NCBI GenBank assembly: GCA_902547695.1
Contig: CACCOR010000005.1
Coordinates: 17,431-81,430 of the forward strand
Origin: an uncultured SAR86 cluster bacterium
GTDB lineage: Bacteria; Pseudomonadota; Gammaproteobacteria; Magnimaribacterales; D2472
DNA: 64,000 nucleotides
Reading direction: 5' to 3'
Part shown: in pieces, positions 1-10,040 of the stretch
Layout: every line of letters starts with the position of its first letter
Position numbering within the stretch: position 1 is the stretch's first letter
Translations under genes and position numbers: made by a program
The notes under the pieces: generated by a model
Told to the model about the DNA's origin: nothing
The model's database searches: none
Seen by the model: the letters and a program-made list of their open reading frames with translations, nothing else

Positions 1-1206
1 ATCCACCAAACATCTAGTTTCCAGTTTGATGATTGTGATCATGCGGCTAATCTATTTGCATTATCAGAATTAGGGAACATTTATTCAAGGATCATGAATC
101 CTACATGCGCTGTTCTAGAAGATAGAATTGCAGCACTTGAAGGTGGAGTAGGTGCTCTAGCTGTTGCTTCTGGTCAAGCAGCATCCGCCTACGCTATTCA
201 AAATATTGCAAGAAAAGGAGACAACATTGTTGCTTCATCTCATTTATATGGAGGAACTTATAATCAATTTAAAAACCCTATGTCGGATATGGGAATTGAA
301 GTTAGATTCGTAGATCCTGCTGATCCAAATAATTTTGCAGAAGCCACTGATGAAAACACGAGGGCTTATTATGGCGAGGTTCTTCCAAATCCAAGTTTTG
401 AAGTTTTTCCTATAAGCGAGGTCGCTGAGATTGGTAGACCACTTGGCATTCCCTTAATTGTTGACAATACTGCGGCACCAGTAATTTGTAAACCATTTGA
501 TCATGGTGCGGCTGTTTTAATTCATTCGACAACTAAATTTATTGGAGGTCATGGAACTTCTATTGGAGGTATTATCGTTGATAGTGGTAATTTTGATTGG
601 GAGGCTTTCCCAGATAGACAACCTGCATTAAATTCACCAGATCCTTCTTATGGTGGTGCTGTATGGACTGAAGCTGTAAAACCTTTGGGACCTATTGCAT
701 ATATTCTTAAAGCAAGAACAACAATTTTAAGAGATATGGGAGCAGCAATGAGTCCATTTAATGCATTTATGTTTATTCAAGGGCTAGAAACCCTTGCTTT
801 AAGAATGAGAGAGCACTCTGCAAATGCTGAGGTAATTGCTAAGTATCTATCAGAGCATGATTCTGTTGAAAGAGTTATTTACCCATCTGTAATGGACGGT
901 TATGCAAAAGAAAGAGCTGAAAAATATCTTACTCGTGGCAACGGAGGTCTAATGGGTTTTGAGGTTAAAGGCGGAAGAGAGTCAGGTGAGAAGTTTATTA
1001 ACGCTCTTGAAATGGTTTATCATGTTGCAAACATTGGCGATTCAAGAAGTCTAGCTATTCATCCAGGTAGCACAACTCATAGTCAATTATCAGAGGAAGA
1101 ATTACTCTCTGCAGGTATAACACCGGGTTTTGTAAGGCTTTCAATTGGACTTGAGCATACTGATGATATTATCGCTGACTTCGAACAAGCTTTATCGAAA
1201 ATTTAA
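1..1206 (+). CDS. metY: O-acetylhomoserine aminocarboxypropyltransferase (sulfhydrylase), 5' end cut by the window edge
   Basis: Frame is open from base 1 (IHQTSSFQF...GNIYSRIMNPT). PLP-lysine motif HSTTKFIGGHG and the C-terminal ANIGD/RLSIGLE motifs are typical of MetY/MET17. Confidence 0.92.
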   Translation: MHQTSSFQFDDCDHAANLFALSELGNIYSRIMNPTCAVLEDRIAALEGGVGALAVASGQAASAYAIQNIARKGDNIVASSHLYGGTYNQFKNPMSDMGIEVRFVDPADPNNFAEATDENTRAYYGEVLPNPSFEVFPISEVAEIGRPLGIPLIVDNTAAPVICKPFDHGAAVLIHSTTKFIGGHGTSIGGIIVDSGNFDWEAFPDRQPALNSPDPSYGGAVWTEAVKPLGPIAYILKARTTILRDMGAAMSPFNAFMFIQGLETLALRMREHSANAEVIAKYLSEHDSVERVIYPSVMDGYAKERAEKYLTRGNGGLMGFEVKGGRESGEKFINALEMVYHVANIGDSRSLAIHPGSTTHSQLSEEELLSAGITPGFVRLSIGLEHTDDIIADFEQALSKI

Positions 1207-1212
1207 TTAATT

Positions 1213-1722
1213 TTGAGCCAAGGATTAGTAACTTATATAGTTCTTGGCTCTGAAAAAAGGCTAAAGACATTAAAGTGCCCCGTCTCTAATAAAGACGAAG
1301 AGTATATTTTTGCGAATTTTTCAAACAATATTTCTTATGAAAAAAAGTTAGATGAATTAGTAACTAATTCAAGTGGAAGTTTAATAGTATTTTTACCTCC
1401 CTCTGCATTTCCAAACCTAAAAGCTAAGAATGCATTGAAGAAGATTGCTATGCTTGATCTTTCAGCTTGGGGTTGGTTTCGATTTAAAGAGAAAAAGAAT
1501 TTTTTACAAAACATAAAAAAAATATCCACAACTTTAAGAAACATTCCTAAATTAGAACAGGGTATTTTTTTTAGTAAGAGGCTATATTTTTCAGTTGGTG
1601 GAATTGGAGATTTTGGTTCTGATCCCTTTAAGGAAATCTCAAAAAGATTTTATACAAGAATTGATCCACAAAATCCCTTACCAGCACTTATAATAAGGAC
1701 TACAAATCTTGAAATATTCTAA
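1213..1722 (+). CDS. Hypothetical protein, possibly a degenerate GT2 / TIGR04283-like glycosyltransferase fold
   Basis: TTG start. The segments AWGWFRF and EQGIFFSKRLYFSVGGIGD resemble the WGxF and DQGxFxxRxxFxxxGGFP motifs of that family. No DxD motif. Confidence 0.4.
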   Translation: MSQGLVTYIVLGSEKRLKTLKCPVSNKDEEYIFANFSNNISYEKKLDELVTNSSGSLIVFLPPSAFPNLKAKNALKKIAMLDLSAWGWFRFKEKKNFLQNIKKISTTLRNIPKLEQGIFFSKRLYFSVGGIGDFGSDPFKEISKRFYTRIDPQNPLPALIIRTTNLEIF

Positions 1723-2300
1723 TGAATAAAAACTCTTTAATAGTTGCACAAAATATTGGTTATAAAATTAATGAAAATAAGCTTTTTCATAATATATCTT
1801 TTGATATCAAGCATGGAGAGGCGCTGCATATTAAAGGTAGAAATGGATCGGGTAAATCTACATTAATTAGAATTATTTTAGGAATTACCGAACCAGTTAA
1901 AGGAACTTTAGAAAATAAATCAACAAAGGAGATATGCTACCTAGGACATAAAAATGCTTTAAAAACCTACTTAACTCTTGACGATAACATCAACTTAATG
2001 CAGCTAACTAATTGTGACATGCTTAAATCCTATCTTGATAAATTAGAACTCAATAAATATAGAGATGTCACTGTATCTAATTTATCATTTGGACAACAAA
2101 AAAAGCTAGCTTTGTTAAGAGTATTTCTAAATAATTCTGATTTAATAATCTTGGACGAACCTTTTGTGGGGTTAGATGATGGAGCTCACAAAGTACTTAC
2201 TTCATTTTTGAATAATGAATTAGATCAGAATAAGTCATTGGTTTTTACTTCACACATTCCTTGTAACATTAATTCTAAGGTTTTAGAGATACCAAAATAA
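1722..2300 (+). CDS. ccmA: Heme ABC exporter ATP-binding protein CcmA
   Basis: Walker A GRNGSGKST, YLGHKNALK, LSFGQQKK, ILDEPF. First gene of the ccm cluster. Confidence 0.9.
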   Translation: MNKNSLIVAQNIGYKINENKLFHNISFDIKHGEALHIKGRNGSGKSTLIRIILGITEPVKGTLENKSTKEICYLGHKNALKTYLTLDDNINLMQLTNCDMLKSYLDKLELNKYRDVTVSNLSFGQQKKLALLRVFLNNSDLIILDEPFVGLDDGAHKVLTSFLNNELDQNKSLVFTSHIPCNINSKVLEIPK

Positions 2301-2307
2301 AATAAAT

Positions 2308-2949
2308 ATGTTTAAGTTAGAATTTCTAAAATTAAGAAAGAAAACAAGAAGCTGGCTAGGACCAATTTTAGTTTTCTGGTTGATCATGCTTGCATATCCT
2401 TTAACTGTTGAATTCCTTCGAGATAAATTAGAAATAGGATTTTTTTCTGTACTTTGGATTGCCATACTAATATCAATGATGCTTGCTACAGAGGACATTT
2501 TTTCTGAAGATTATAACGATGGATCTCTTGAACAAACTCTAATTAAAAATCCATCATTTTCTATTATCATCGTAACTAAAATATTCACACATTGGCTTTT
2601 AATTGGATTGCCTATTTCAATCTTAAGTTTTGTTTTTTCTCTGGGTACTACAGAAGATTTATCTTTAAGCTTATCAATTCTTCCTCTAGCAATAATAAGT
2701 TCTTATATTTTCTTAAATTTATTTGTTTTAGGTAATGCACTTAGTTTAAATAAAGGTTCTGTTCTAGGAGCATTGGTTACTATGCCTTTAGCGCTACCTG
2801 TTTTGATCGTATTAGGAAAAGGACTTATCGCAATTCAATTAGATATAAATTATCAAAGTTTTATTTTTTTATTATTGGGAAGCTTATCTATTATAATAGT
2901 TGCAATACCCATAGTAGTATCCTATGTTATTAAGGCTCATTTGGAATAA
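2308..2949 (+). CDS. ccmB: Heme exporter membrane protein CcmB
   Basis: Hydrophobic protein with FSEDYNDGSLEQ and MPLALPVLI motifs; operon position. Confidence 0.9.
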   Translation: MFKLEFLKLRKKTRSWLGPILVFWLIMLAYPLTVEFLRDKLEIGFFSVLWIAILISMMLATEDIFSEDYNDGSLEQTLIKNPSFSIIIVTKIFTHWLLIGLPISILSFVFSLGTTEDLSLSLSILPLAIISSYIFLNLFVLGNALSLNKGSVLGALVTMPLALPVLIVLGKGLIAIQLDINYQSFIFLLLGSLSIIIVAIPIVVSYVIKAHLE

Positions 2950-2970
2950 AGTCTTTCAGTACAAAACAAA

Positions 2971-3702
2971 GTGATAAAAAAATTTATACATCAATTTGCA
3001 TCTCCAAAAACATACTTATATCAAGTAAGTAGGTTTTATAAATATATTTTTTACTTCTCTTTGGTAATTTATATTATGTCTATTATTTGGGGACTTTTTT
3101 TTACGCCAGAAGACTTTGTTCAAGGAAATTCATATAGAATTATTTATCTGCACGTTCCTGCCTCATTCTTATCTCAGACATTATATTTAGCAATGGCAAT
3201 ATCCAGCATCACGTATTTAATTTGGAGAGTTAAGCTTGCAGCATACTTAATCATTGCTATTGCTCCAATTGGAGCTATGACAACATTTATTGCATTAATA
3301 TCAGGATCTATATGGGGAATACCCACTTGGGGTACTTGGTGGCAATGGGACGCAAGAATAACATCTACTTTAATTCTATTTATTATGTATTTAGGTTTAA
3401 TATCGCTTCATAATTCATTTAGTAATCATGAAAAAGCAGATAAATTGTTGTCATGGTTAGTAATAGTTGGAGCAGTAAACATTCCAATAATTAAAAAATC
3501 AGTTGATTGGTGGAGCACACTTCATCAATCTGCATCTATAACATTAACTGATAAGCCCAGCATTGATCCAGTGATGTTGTATCCTCTGATGGGTTCAATT
3601 ATCGGATTTTTTGGCTTGGTAATTTGTTTAGTTTTACTTTCATCAAAATATCAAATACTCCATAGAGAAAAAAATAAATCTTGGGTGAAAGATTATGTTT
3701 AA
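2971..3702 (+). CDS. ccmC: Heme exporter protein CcmC
   Basis: RIIYLHVP, tryptophan-rich WGIPTWGTWWQWDARITS, and WWSTLHQ. Confidence 0.95.
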   Translation: MIKKFIHQFASPKTYLYQVSRFYKYIFYFSLVIYIMSIIWGLFFTPEDFVQGNSYRIIYLHVPASFLSQTLYLAMAISSITYLIWRVKLAAYLIIAIAPIGAMTTFIALISGSIWGIPTWGTWWQWDARITSTLILFIMYLGLISLHNSFSNHEKADKLLSWLVIVGAVNIPIIKKSVDWWSTLHQSASITLTDKPSIDPVMLYPLMGSIIGFFGLVICLVLLSSKYQILHREKNKSWVKDYV

Positions 3703-3862
3703 TTTTGCATTTAATTCTTTTTATGAGGCCTTATATATGAATGGTCATGGATTGTATGTTTGGAGCGTAGTAATACTAGTTTTTATTAGTTTATTAGGCT
3801 TTTTTATAGGCTACACTGTAAAAATTAAAAAAATTAAAGATAAATTAAATGAACCCAATTAG
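3695..3862 (+). CDS. ccmD: Heme exporter protein CcmD (55 aa, absent from the ORF track)
   Basis: Translated by hand: MFNFAFNSFYEALYMNGHGLYVWSVVILVFISLLGFFIGYTVKIKKIKDKLNEPN. MxGxxxYVW motif, one TM helix, basic tail; overlaps ccmC and ccmE. Confidence 0.88.
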   Translation: MFNFAFNSFYEALYMNGHGLYVWSVVILVFISLLGFFIGYTVKIKKIKDKLNEPN

Positions 3863-4259
3863 AAAGAAAAGAATATACAGCATTCTTTTTGTACTTTTAT
3901 TTTCAATTTCAGGTATTTCACTAATTCTTTATTCATTAAACTCAAATTTAGATTATTTTTTTACGCCAACAGAACTTAAAGATAGAAATATTCCGGCTGA
4001 TAAAAGAATTAAGGTTGGTGGCATGGTTTTAAGTGGATCAGTAGAAAGAATTTCATCTTCAATTTCTTTTGTCATCACTGATTATGAAAACTCAATTAAA
4101 GTTGAATATGAGGGTATAGTTCCAGATTTATTTAAAGAAGATAGCGGTGTAGTCGTTTTAGGAAATTTAAAAGATAAAATATTGTATGCAGAAGAAGTTT
4201 TAGCCAAGCATGATGAAAACTATATGCCTCCGAATATTGTGATAAGTGATGATAATTGA
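3849..4259 (+). CDS. ccmE: Heme chaperone CcmE
   Basis: MNPIRKKR N-terminus, PDLFKE, and heme-binding motif LAKHDENYMP. Confidence 0.95.
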   Translation: MNPIRKKRIYSILFVLLFSISGISLILYSLNSNLDYFFTPTELKDRNIPADKRIKVGGMVLSGSVERISSSISFVITDYENSIKVEYEGIVPDLFKEDSGVVVLGNLKDKILYAEEVLAKHDENYMPPNIVISDDN

Positions 4260-6144
4260 AATCTCTCATTTTTTATCAATTTTAGCTACTGGCTTATTTT
4301 TACTCGTTGGTTATTTTTCTATCCTTACTCCTTCATCAAATTCTAGCTACATATCAAACTTGATTGTTAGAACGTATTCGCATGGGTTCTTTTTTCTTCT
4401 ATCCTCATTTTTAATATATGTTTGGCTGGCTATTACAGATAATTTTAGTGTTCAATATATTGCAAATCACTCCAATACAGCCCTACCAATTTTTTATAAA
4501 ATTTCTTCGATATGGAGCGCACATGAAGGTTCAATGTTTCTTTGGATTGTTTTTTTATCTCTATGGGGATTCCTATTCAATATTAGGGTAAAAAATAGTG
4601 AAGTTTTAAAGCCTAAAACAATGGGAGTAATTTCCTTCATATTAGTTGGATTTTTAATATTTTTGTTAGCAACATCAAATCCTTTTGTAACAATACTTCC
4701 AATTCCACCTTTAAATGGAGCTGATATTAATCCAGTTTTGCAAGATCCTGCTTTAGCAATTCATCCTCCAACTCTTTACTTGGGATACGTCGGATTTGTA
4801 ATTCCGTTTGCTTGCGCAATAGCTTTTTTACTCTACGGCGATTCCAAAATAAACTGGGAAGCTTTAGTAAAAACATGGTCAGTTTCTGCATGGGTTTTTC
4901 TTACAATTGGTATAACTCTTGGCAGTTGGTGGGCTTATTATGAATTGGGTTGGGGAGGATATTGGTTTTGGGATCCAGTTGAAAATGTCGCATTAATGCC
5001 TTGGCTTGCAGCTACTGCATTTATTCATTCTCTTGGAGTATCAATAAAATCATCGCAACTTAGAATTTGGACAATTTTATTATCAATTTTAGTGTTTTCG
5101 CTCAGTTTGTTCGGCGCATTTATTGTTAGATCTGGAATTATTGATAGCGTTCATGCTTTTGCAAATGATCCTGACAGAGGTCTATATCTTCTTGGATTCA
5201 TTGGATTAATTGTTTTCATATCAGTTTCTTTGTTTATTTTGAGATTATCAAGCATTCAATCCCTATCGAGAATTAAGAAATTTTCAAAACAATCATTTAT
5301 TTCTATAAATAATATTCTTTTTGGAGCTCTTATCTTTTCCGTGATGTTGGGTGTTACGTATCCATTAATTTATGAATTTTTATTTGATCAAAAAATTAGT
5401 GTTGGCGCGCCTTTTTATAATGCAATATTTATCCCAATAGTTGTTTTAGCTGCAATTTTTTTGTTTTTCTCAGTCGATTCAAAATGGTCAAGAAGCATTA
5501 ACCTCAAACTCATTTCGACGCCAATATCTTTTTCAATTTTATTATCGTTAGCATTTACTCTATTTGTTATGCAATATTTTGAATCTAAGAGTATTTCAAT
5601 ACTTGCTTCGATATTTGCAGGCTCATTGATTATATTTAGATACATATATGAAATTATTAACTTTATTTTTAGTAAGAAATTTATAAATCCTTTTAGCGTC
5701 ATAGCTCATATGTCACTTGGATTACTTTTAATATCCATTTCATTCAATAGTCTTTTGAGTACTGAAAGAGCTTTAAGTATTGATTTGAATAGTACTGAGG
5801 CATACAAGGACTTAAAAATTTCTTTTAAAGATATTGGTGTGGAAAATAATGCCAATTATGATTCAATAAAAGCAACATTTCTTGTGGAAGATCAAACCGG
5901 AAGAACATTTAATCTCAAGCCAGAAAAAAGAAGATATTTTACTAGAGGTCAAATTACTACAGAAACAGCAATACATGTAACAGTTTTGAGAGATATTTAC
6001 ATAACAATTGGAGATCAACTTGATGATGGAAGTTGGATTGTGAATATCCAAATTAACTACTTAATAAGATGGATTTGGTTATCAGCATTATTGATGGGTT
6101 TAGCTGGAATAATATTAGTTTTTTCACACAGGGTTAAAACATGA
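4246..6144 (+). CDS. ccmF: Cytochrome c heme lyase CcmF
   Basis: WSAHEGS, HPPTLYLGYVG, WAYYELGWGGYWFWDPVEN, SVHAFA. Confidence 0.96.
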   Translation: MMIIEISHFLSILATGLFLLVGYFSILTPSSNSSYISNLIVRTYSHGFFFLLSSFLIYVWLAITDNFSVQYIANHSNTALPIFYKISSIWSAHEGSMFLWIVFLSLWGFLFNIRVKNSEVLKPKTMGVISFILVGFLIFLLATSNPFVTILPIPPLNGADINPVLQDPALAIHPPTLYLGYVGFVIPFACAIAFLLYGDSKINWEALVKTWSVSAWVFLTIGITLGSWWAYYELGWGGYWFWDPVENVALMPWLAATAFIHSLGVSIKSSQLRIWTILLSILVFSLSLFGAFIVRSGIIDSVHAFANDPDRGLYLLGFIGLIVFISVSLFILRLSSIQSLSRIKKFSKQSFISINNILFGALIFSVMLGVTYPLIYEFLFDQKISVGAPFYNAIFIPIVVLAAIFLFFSVDSKWSRSINLKLISTPISFSILLSLAFTLFVMQYFESKSISILASIFAGSLIIFRYIYEIINFIFSKKFINPFSVIAHMSLGLLLISISFNSLLSTERALSIDLNSTEAYKDLKISFKDIGVENNANYDSIKATFLVEDQTGRTFNLKPEKRRYFTRGQITTETAIHVTVLRDIYITIGDQLDDGSWIVNIQINYLIRWIWLSALLMGLAGIILVFSHRVKT

Positions 6145-6662
6145 ACTTATTATTAAAATTAATAGTTTTCATAGTTCCAACAACTTTTATATTATTATTT
6201 TTTATGATTTTAACTAATGAAGATACATATCCTGGTGCCGATTATAATCAATTTCAGATTCCTGAATTTGAATTAAAAGTTCTTGATAATTCAATGACAG
6301 TTGACAATGACCTTTTAGATGGCGACTACGTCTTAAATGTATGGGCTAGCTGGTGTATAACTTGCATCATAGAACATCCTTACCTAACAAGCTTAAGTAA
6401 AAATGGCGTACCTATTATTGGACTAAATTATAAAGATGAACAAGAAGATGCCATCTTTTGGTTAAAAAAATATGGCAACCCATATCAGACAATATTGCAT
6501 GATTATAAAGGAAACTTGGCACTTGATTTGGGTGTGACAGGGGCGCCAGAAACATTTTTGATAAGCGATGGCAAAGTTATTGCTCATTATCAAGGTGAGG
6601 TAAATGATCAAATATGGAATGATGTCTTTTTGCCAATCATTAAAGATAGGAAAATGTTTTAG
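6141..6662 (+). CDS. ccmG: Thiol:disulfide interchange protein CcmG/DsbE
   Basis: NVWASWCITC, GLNYKD, GVTGAPETF. Confidence 0.92.
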   Translation: MNLLLKLIVFIVPTTFILLFFMILTNEDTYPGADYNQFQIPEFELKVLDNSMTVDNDLLDGDYVLNVWASWCITCIIEHPYLTSLSKNGVPIIGLNYKDEQEDAIFWLKKYGNPYQTILHDYKGNLALDLGVTGAPETFLISDGKVIAHYQGEVNDQIWNDVFLPIIKDRKMF

Positions 6663-7031
6663 ATGAGATATTTATATACATTCATATTATTCTTATCATT
6701 TAATATTTCATCAGACAACTTATATTATTTTGAAGATGAGTATGATGAAAATAGATTTAATAATTTAATAAAAGATATAAGATGCCCTAAATGTACTTCT
6801 GGCTCTTTATCAAGTTCAAATGCTCCAATATCTGAAGATTTAAAAATCAAGATTGCAGAAATGATCAATGAAAACAAAACTGATCAAGAAATTAAAGACT
6901 ATGTTTCGTCAAGATTTGGACAAGATTCTTTATATGAACCTGAGTTAAATAATACAACCTATGTTTTATGGTATTCTCCATTCGTTTTTTTACTTTTAGC
7001 TTTTTTAATTTTTTTCTTTAGAAAAAAATAA
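6663..7031 (+). CDS. ccmH: Cytochrome c biogenesis protein CcmH
   Basis: IRCPKC motif and C-terminal LWYSP plus TM helix. Confidence 0.9.
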   Translation: MRYLYTFILFLSFNISSDNLYYFEDEYDENRFNNLIKDIRCPKCTSGSLSSSNAPISEDLKIKIAEMINENKTDQEIKDYVSSRFGQDSLYEPELNNTTYVLWYSPFVFLLLAFLIFFFRKK

Positions 7032-7816
7032 TGTTTATTTTTTATTTATTAACAATACTGGCTGCTTTGCCAATAATTGCTTATGTTTTGGCTCAAAAAA
7101 CCTTAAACAAAGGATTGATCTTTGGATCATCATTGTTAATCCTTTCCTTATGCCTATTTATATTTATAAGTAAATTTGCATTTGTTGGTTCCTTTGAAAA
7201 ACAAAAACTAAATAATAAAATTTTTGATGAAATTTATATTGACTCATCAATATCTGTTGAATATCTTCAACAACTAGAGAATATTCTTGATGAAGATGAA
7301 TTGAAGAATTGGCTATTAGGGCTAATTGGCAAATCAATAGATTTAAAGAAACTCAAGTCAGCTGAGAGTTTAATAGCTTTTTCAGAGAGATTCTTCATAT
7401 CAAATAATGAAAAACTTATCTTTTATAACTTATATTCTGCTTTAAGAGATGAGAAATTTCCTAAATTTAAGAACTCTAGTTTTCAGATAGACTCTAGTTC
7501 ATTGTATCCGTGCTCTATTAAAAATGTAGAAGTTACTCTTTTCATAACAAATGGTCCTGAAATACCGATTGCAAAAAAAGAATTCAAAAATAAAGATAAT
7601 ATTTCATTAAATAATCTTGATAGTGTGATACCTGGATTTGATTTAGCATCTGCATATTTAAATCAAGAATCTATTGAGATGAAAATCAAAATAAATTGCT
7701 TGGATGATCAGCAAACATTTTTTGTACAAAACATAATAGTTCTTAATCAAGATGTCCCCTCTAATTCATACAAAATTAATTTAAATGAATGGTTTAAAAC
7801 CCCACAAGAGTTATAA
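7031..7816 (+). CDS. Divergent CcmI/CycH-like protein
   Basis: Follows ccmH. Two N-terminal TM helices. C-terminal GPEIPIAKK...LNNLDSVIPGFDL resembles the CcmI GPxMPLA...LxDxxxMxPxxxL domain. Confidence 0.55.
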   Translation: MFIFYLLTILAALPIIAYVLAQKTLNKGLIFGSSLLILSLCLFIFISKFAFVGSFEKQKLNNKIFDEIYIDSSISVEYLQQLENILDEDELKNWLLGLIGKSIDLKKLKSAESLIAFSERFFISNNEKLIFYNLYSALRDEKFPKFKNSSFQIDSSSLYPCSIKNVEVTLFITNGPEIPIAKKEFKNKDNISLNNLDSVIPGFDLASAYLNQESIEMKIKINCLDDQQTFFVQNIIVLNQDVPSNSYKINLNEWFKTPQEL

Positions 7817-7841
7817 TAGTAGTATTAAATTGATTCTTTAA

Positions 7842-10040
7842 ATGCAGCTTAAACATATAAAACTTTCAGGTTTTAAAAGTTTCGTTGATCCAACGAAGAT
7901 ATCTTTCCCAACAAATATGGTTGGCGTTGTAGGTCCTAATGGTTGCGGAAAATCAAATGTAATTGATGCTGTTAGATGGGTGCTTGGTGAATTATCAGCA
8001 AAAAATCTACGAGGTGAATCAATGGTGGACGTAATCTTCAACGGTTCAGAGAACAGAAAGGCTTCTGGTCAATGCAGTATCGAGCTTTTATTTGATAACT
8101 CTAGTGCCAAAATTGGAGGAGAGTATGCGTCATTTAATGAAGTATCAATTAAAAGAGTTATGACAAGAGACGCTCAGTCTGATTATTTTATAAATAATAC
8201 GAAATGTAGAAGGAAAGATGTACAAGATATATTCCTTGGCACTGGTCTTGGACCAAGTTCTTATGCAATTATTGAACAGGGGATGGTCAGCAAGCTAGTA
8301 AGTGCAAAACCAGATGAGTTAAGAACGCATATTGAAGAAGCTGCAGGCGTATCAAAGTATAGAGAAAGAAGAAGAGAAACAGAATCTAGAATTAAAAGAA
8401 CCAGAGAAAATTTATCACGAGTAAAAGATATCAGAGATGAAATAGGAAGATTAATAAAGAGACTTGAGAATCAAGCAAAAGCCGCAGAAAAATATAATGT
8501 ACTTAAAAAAGATAAAGCAAAACTTGAACTAGATAAGGCCGTTCTTTTTTCTATTGAAGCCAAAAGTAGTAGAGATGATCTTCAAAAAAAATTAGACTCA
8601 CTAAACAGAGACTTGCAGATAAAAAATGCTGAATCTGAGACCATACAATCTCAAATAGATCAATTTAGAACCGAAAATGAATCTGTTCTAAGCGAATACG
8701 AAGAGGCTCAAAAGAATTTTTATGCAGTTGGTGCTGAAATAGCTAAAAGGGAAGCAAACCTTCAAAACATCAATAAAAACGAAAAAGAAACAAAGTCTAA
8801 TTTAGAAAAAGTAAAACAAAACTATGAAAAAGCTAAAGAAACTGAAAAGAATTTTGAAGAGTTAAGTCCAAGCGAAAAGGCAATGCATATTTTAGATAGT
8901 ATGATAAATACAATAGAGAAATATAGAATAAATAATGAAAATATAAGAGAAAAAGCGATTGAATTAAAGAGCTTACTTACAGATATACTTAATATAGCAA
9001 CTGCTCAATCAAAGACATTAACTGAGGAGTATTTATCAAGACAAAATGATCTTGAAGACCAAATTCTAAATGCTGAAAAATTGAAAAAGTCTATCGAAGA
9101 TGAAATGAGAGACTTTGTAGATAAAAGCTCTAGTGCTGAATCAGTTTTAGTTTCCCTTAGGCAAAAACAATCAAAATTTAATGAAGAGTTAAGAGAGTTT
9201 GAAAATAAAAAATCTATTGCAGATTTAGATGCTAGAACAATTTCTGAAAAGATCACAAATATAAGAATAGAGCAAAAAACTTACGAAATTAATTTAGATA
9301 ACTCAAACAAAAAAATTAAAGAAGCTGGAATAGACATAGATAAAATAGATTTTTCTGAATATGAAGACATGACTATTGAAGAGCTTGAAGACAAGCTGGT
9401 CAATATTGAGACAAAAATAATAAAATTAGGAGCCATTAATCTAGCTGCGCCAGAGGAAATTGAAGAGGAATCAAAAAGAAAAGAAGAGCTAGATGAACAA
9501 TATAATGACTTAACAGAAGCTTTAGAAAAGCTCACTGGTGCAATTAAGAAGATAGATCAAGAAACTAAAACAATTTTTAAGGAGAGTTTTGATTCTGTTA
9601 ACTTAAAACTAAAAGAGATGTTTCCAAAACTATTTGGTGGCGGGGTAGCTGAATTAACCTTAACTGAGGAGGATGCTTTAAATGCTGGTGTGATTTTAAT
9701 GGCAAGACCCCCTGGGAAGAAAAATTCATCAATATCTCAACTATCTGGTGGTGAAAAAGCCTTAACTGCATTGGCCTTAGTTTTTGCAATTTTTGACTTA
9801 AATCCAGCACCTTTTTGTTTGTTAGATGAAGTTGACGCTCCTCTAGATGACTTAAATACATTAAGATTCATAAATATGGTCGAGGAGATGTCAAAAACTG
9901 TTCAATTTATATTTATTACTCATAATAAAGTTTCAATGGAAAGAAGCGACTACCTTATGGGCGTGACAATGCAAGAGGCTGGAGTTTCAAGAATGGTATC
10001 AGTCGACGTAAATCAAGCTTTAGAATTAGCTGAATCCTAA
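7842..10040 (+). CDS. smc: Chromosome segregation protein SMC, unusually short (732 aa) with no recognisable hinge
   Basis: FKSF, Walker A GPNGCGKS, Q-loop IIEQG, LGAINLAAPEE, signature LSGGE, Walker B LLDEVD, ITH; lies upstream of zipA. Confidence 0.92.
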   Translation: MQLKHIKLSGFKSFVDPTKISFPTNMVGVVGPNGCGKSNVIDAVRWVLGELSAKNLRGESMVDVIFNGSENRKASGQCSIELLFDNSSAKIGGEYASFNEVSIKRVMTRDAQSDYFINNTKCRRKDVQDIFLGTGLGPSSYAIIEQGMVSKLVSAKPDELRTHIEEAAGVSKYRERRRETESRIKRTRENLSRVKDIRDEIGRLIKRLENQAKAAEKYNVLKKDKAKLELDKAVLFSIEAKSSRDDLQKKLDSLNRDLQIKNAESETIQSQIDQFRTENESVLSEYEEAQKNFYAVGAEIAKREANLQNINKNEKETKSNLEKVKQNYEKAKETEKNFEELSPSEKAMHILDSMINTIEKYRINNENIREKAIELKSLLTDILNIATAQSKTLTEEYLSRQNDLEDQILNAEKLKKSIEDEMRDFVDKSSSAESVLVSLRQKQSKFNEELREFENKKSIADLDARTISEKITNIRIEQKTYEINLDNSNKKIKEAGIDIDKIDFSEYEDMTIEELEDKLVNIETKIIKLGAINLAAPEEIEEESKRKEELDEQYNDLTEALEKLTGAIKKIDQETKTIFKESFDSVNLKLKEMFPKLFGGGVAELTLTEEDALNAGVILMARPPGKKNSSISQLSGGEKALTALALVFAIFDLNPAPFCLLDEVDAPLDDLNTLRFINMVEEMSKTVQFIFITHNKVSMERSDYLMGVTMQEAGVSRMVSVDVNQALELAES

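Noticed and set aside
7842-10040. SMC-like defence system (Wadjet/JetC, Lamassu), SbcC or RecN
   Set aside because: Head sequences are canonical Smc (GPNGCGKSN..DA.RWVLGE, PAPFCLLDEVDAPLD), the neighbour is zipA, and there are no nuclease, jet or sbcD partners.
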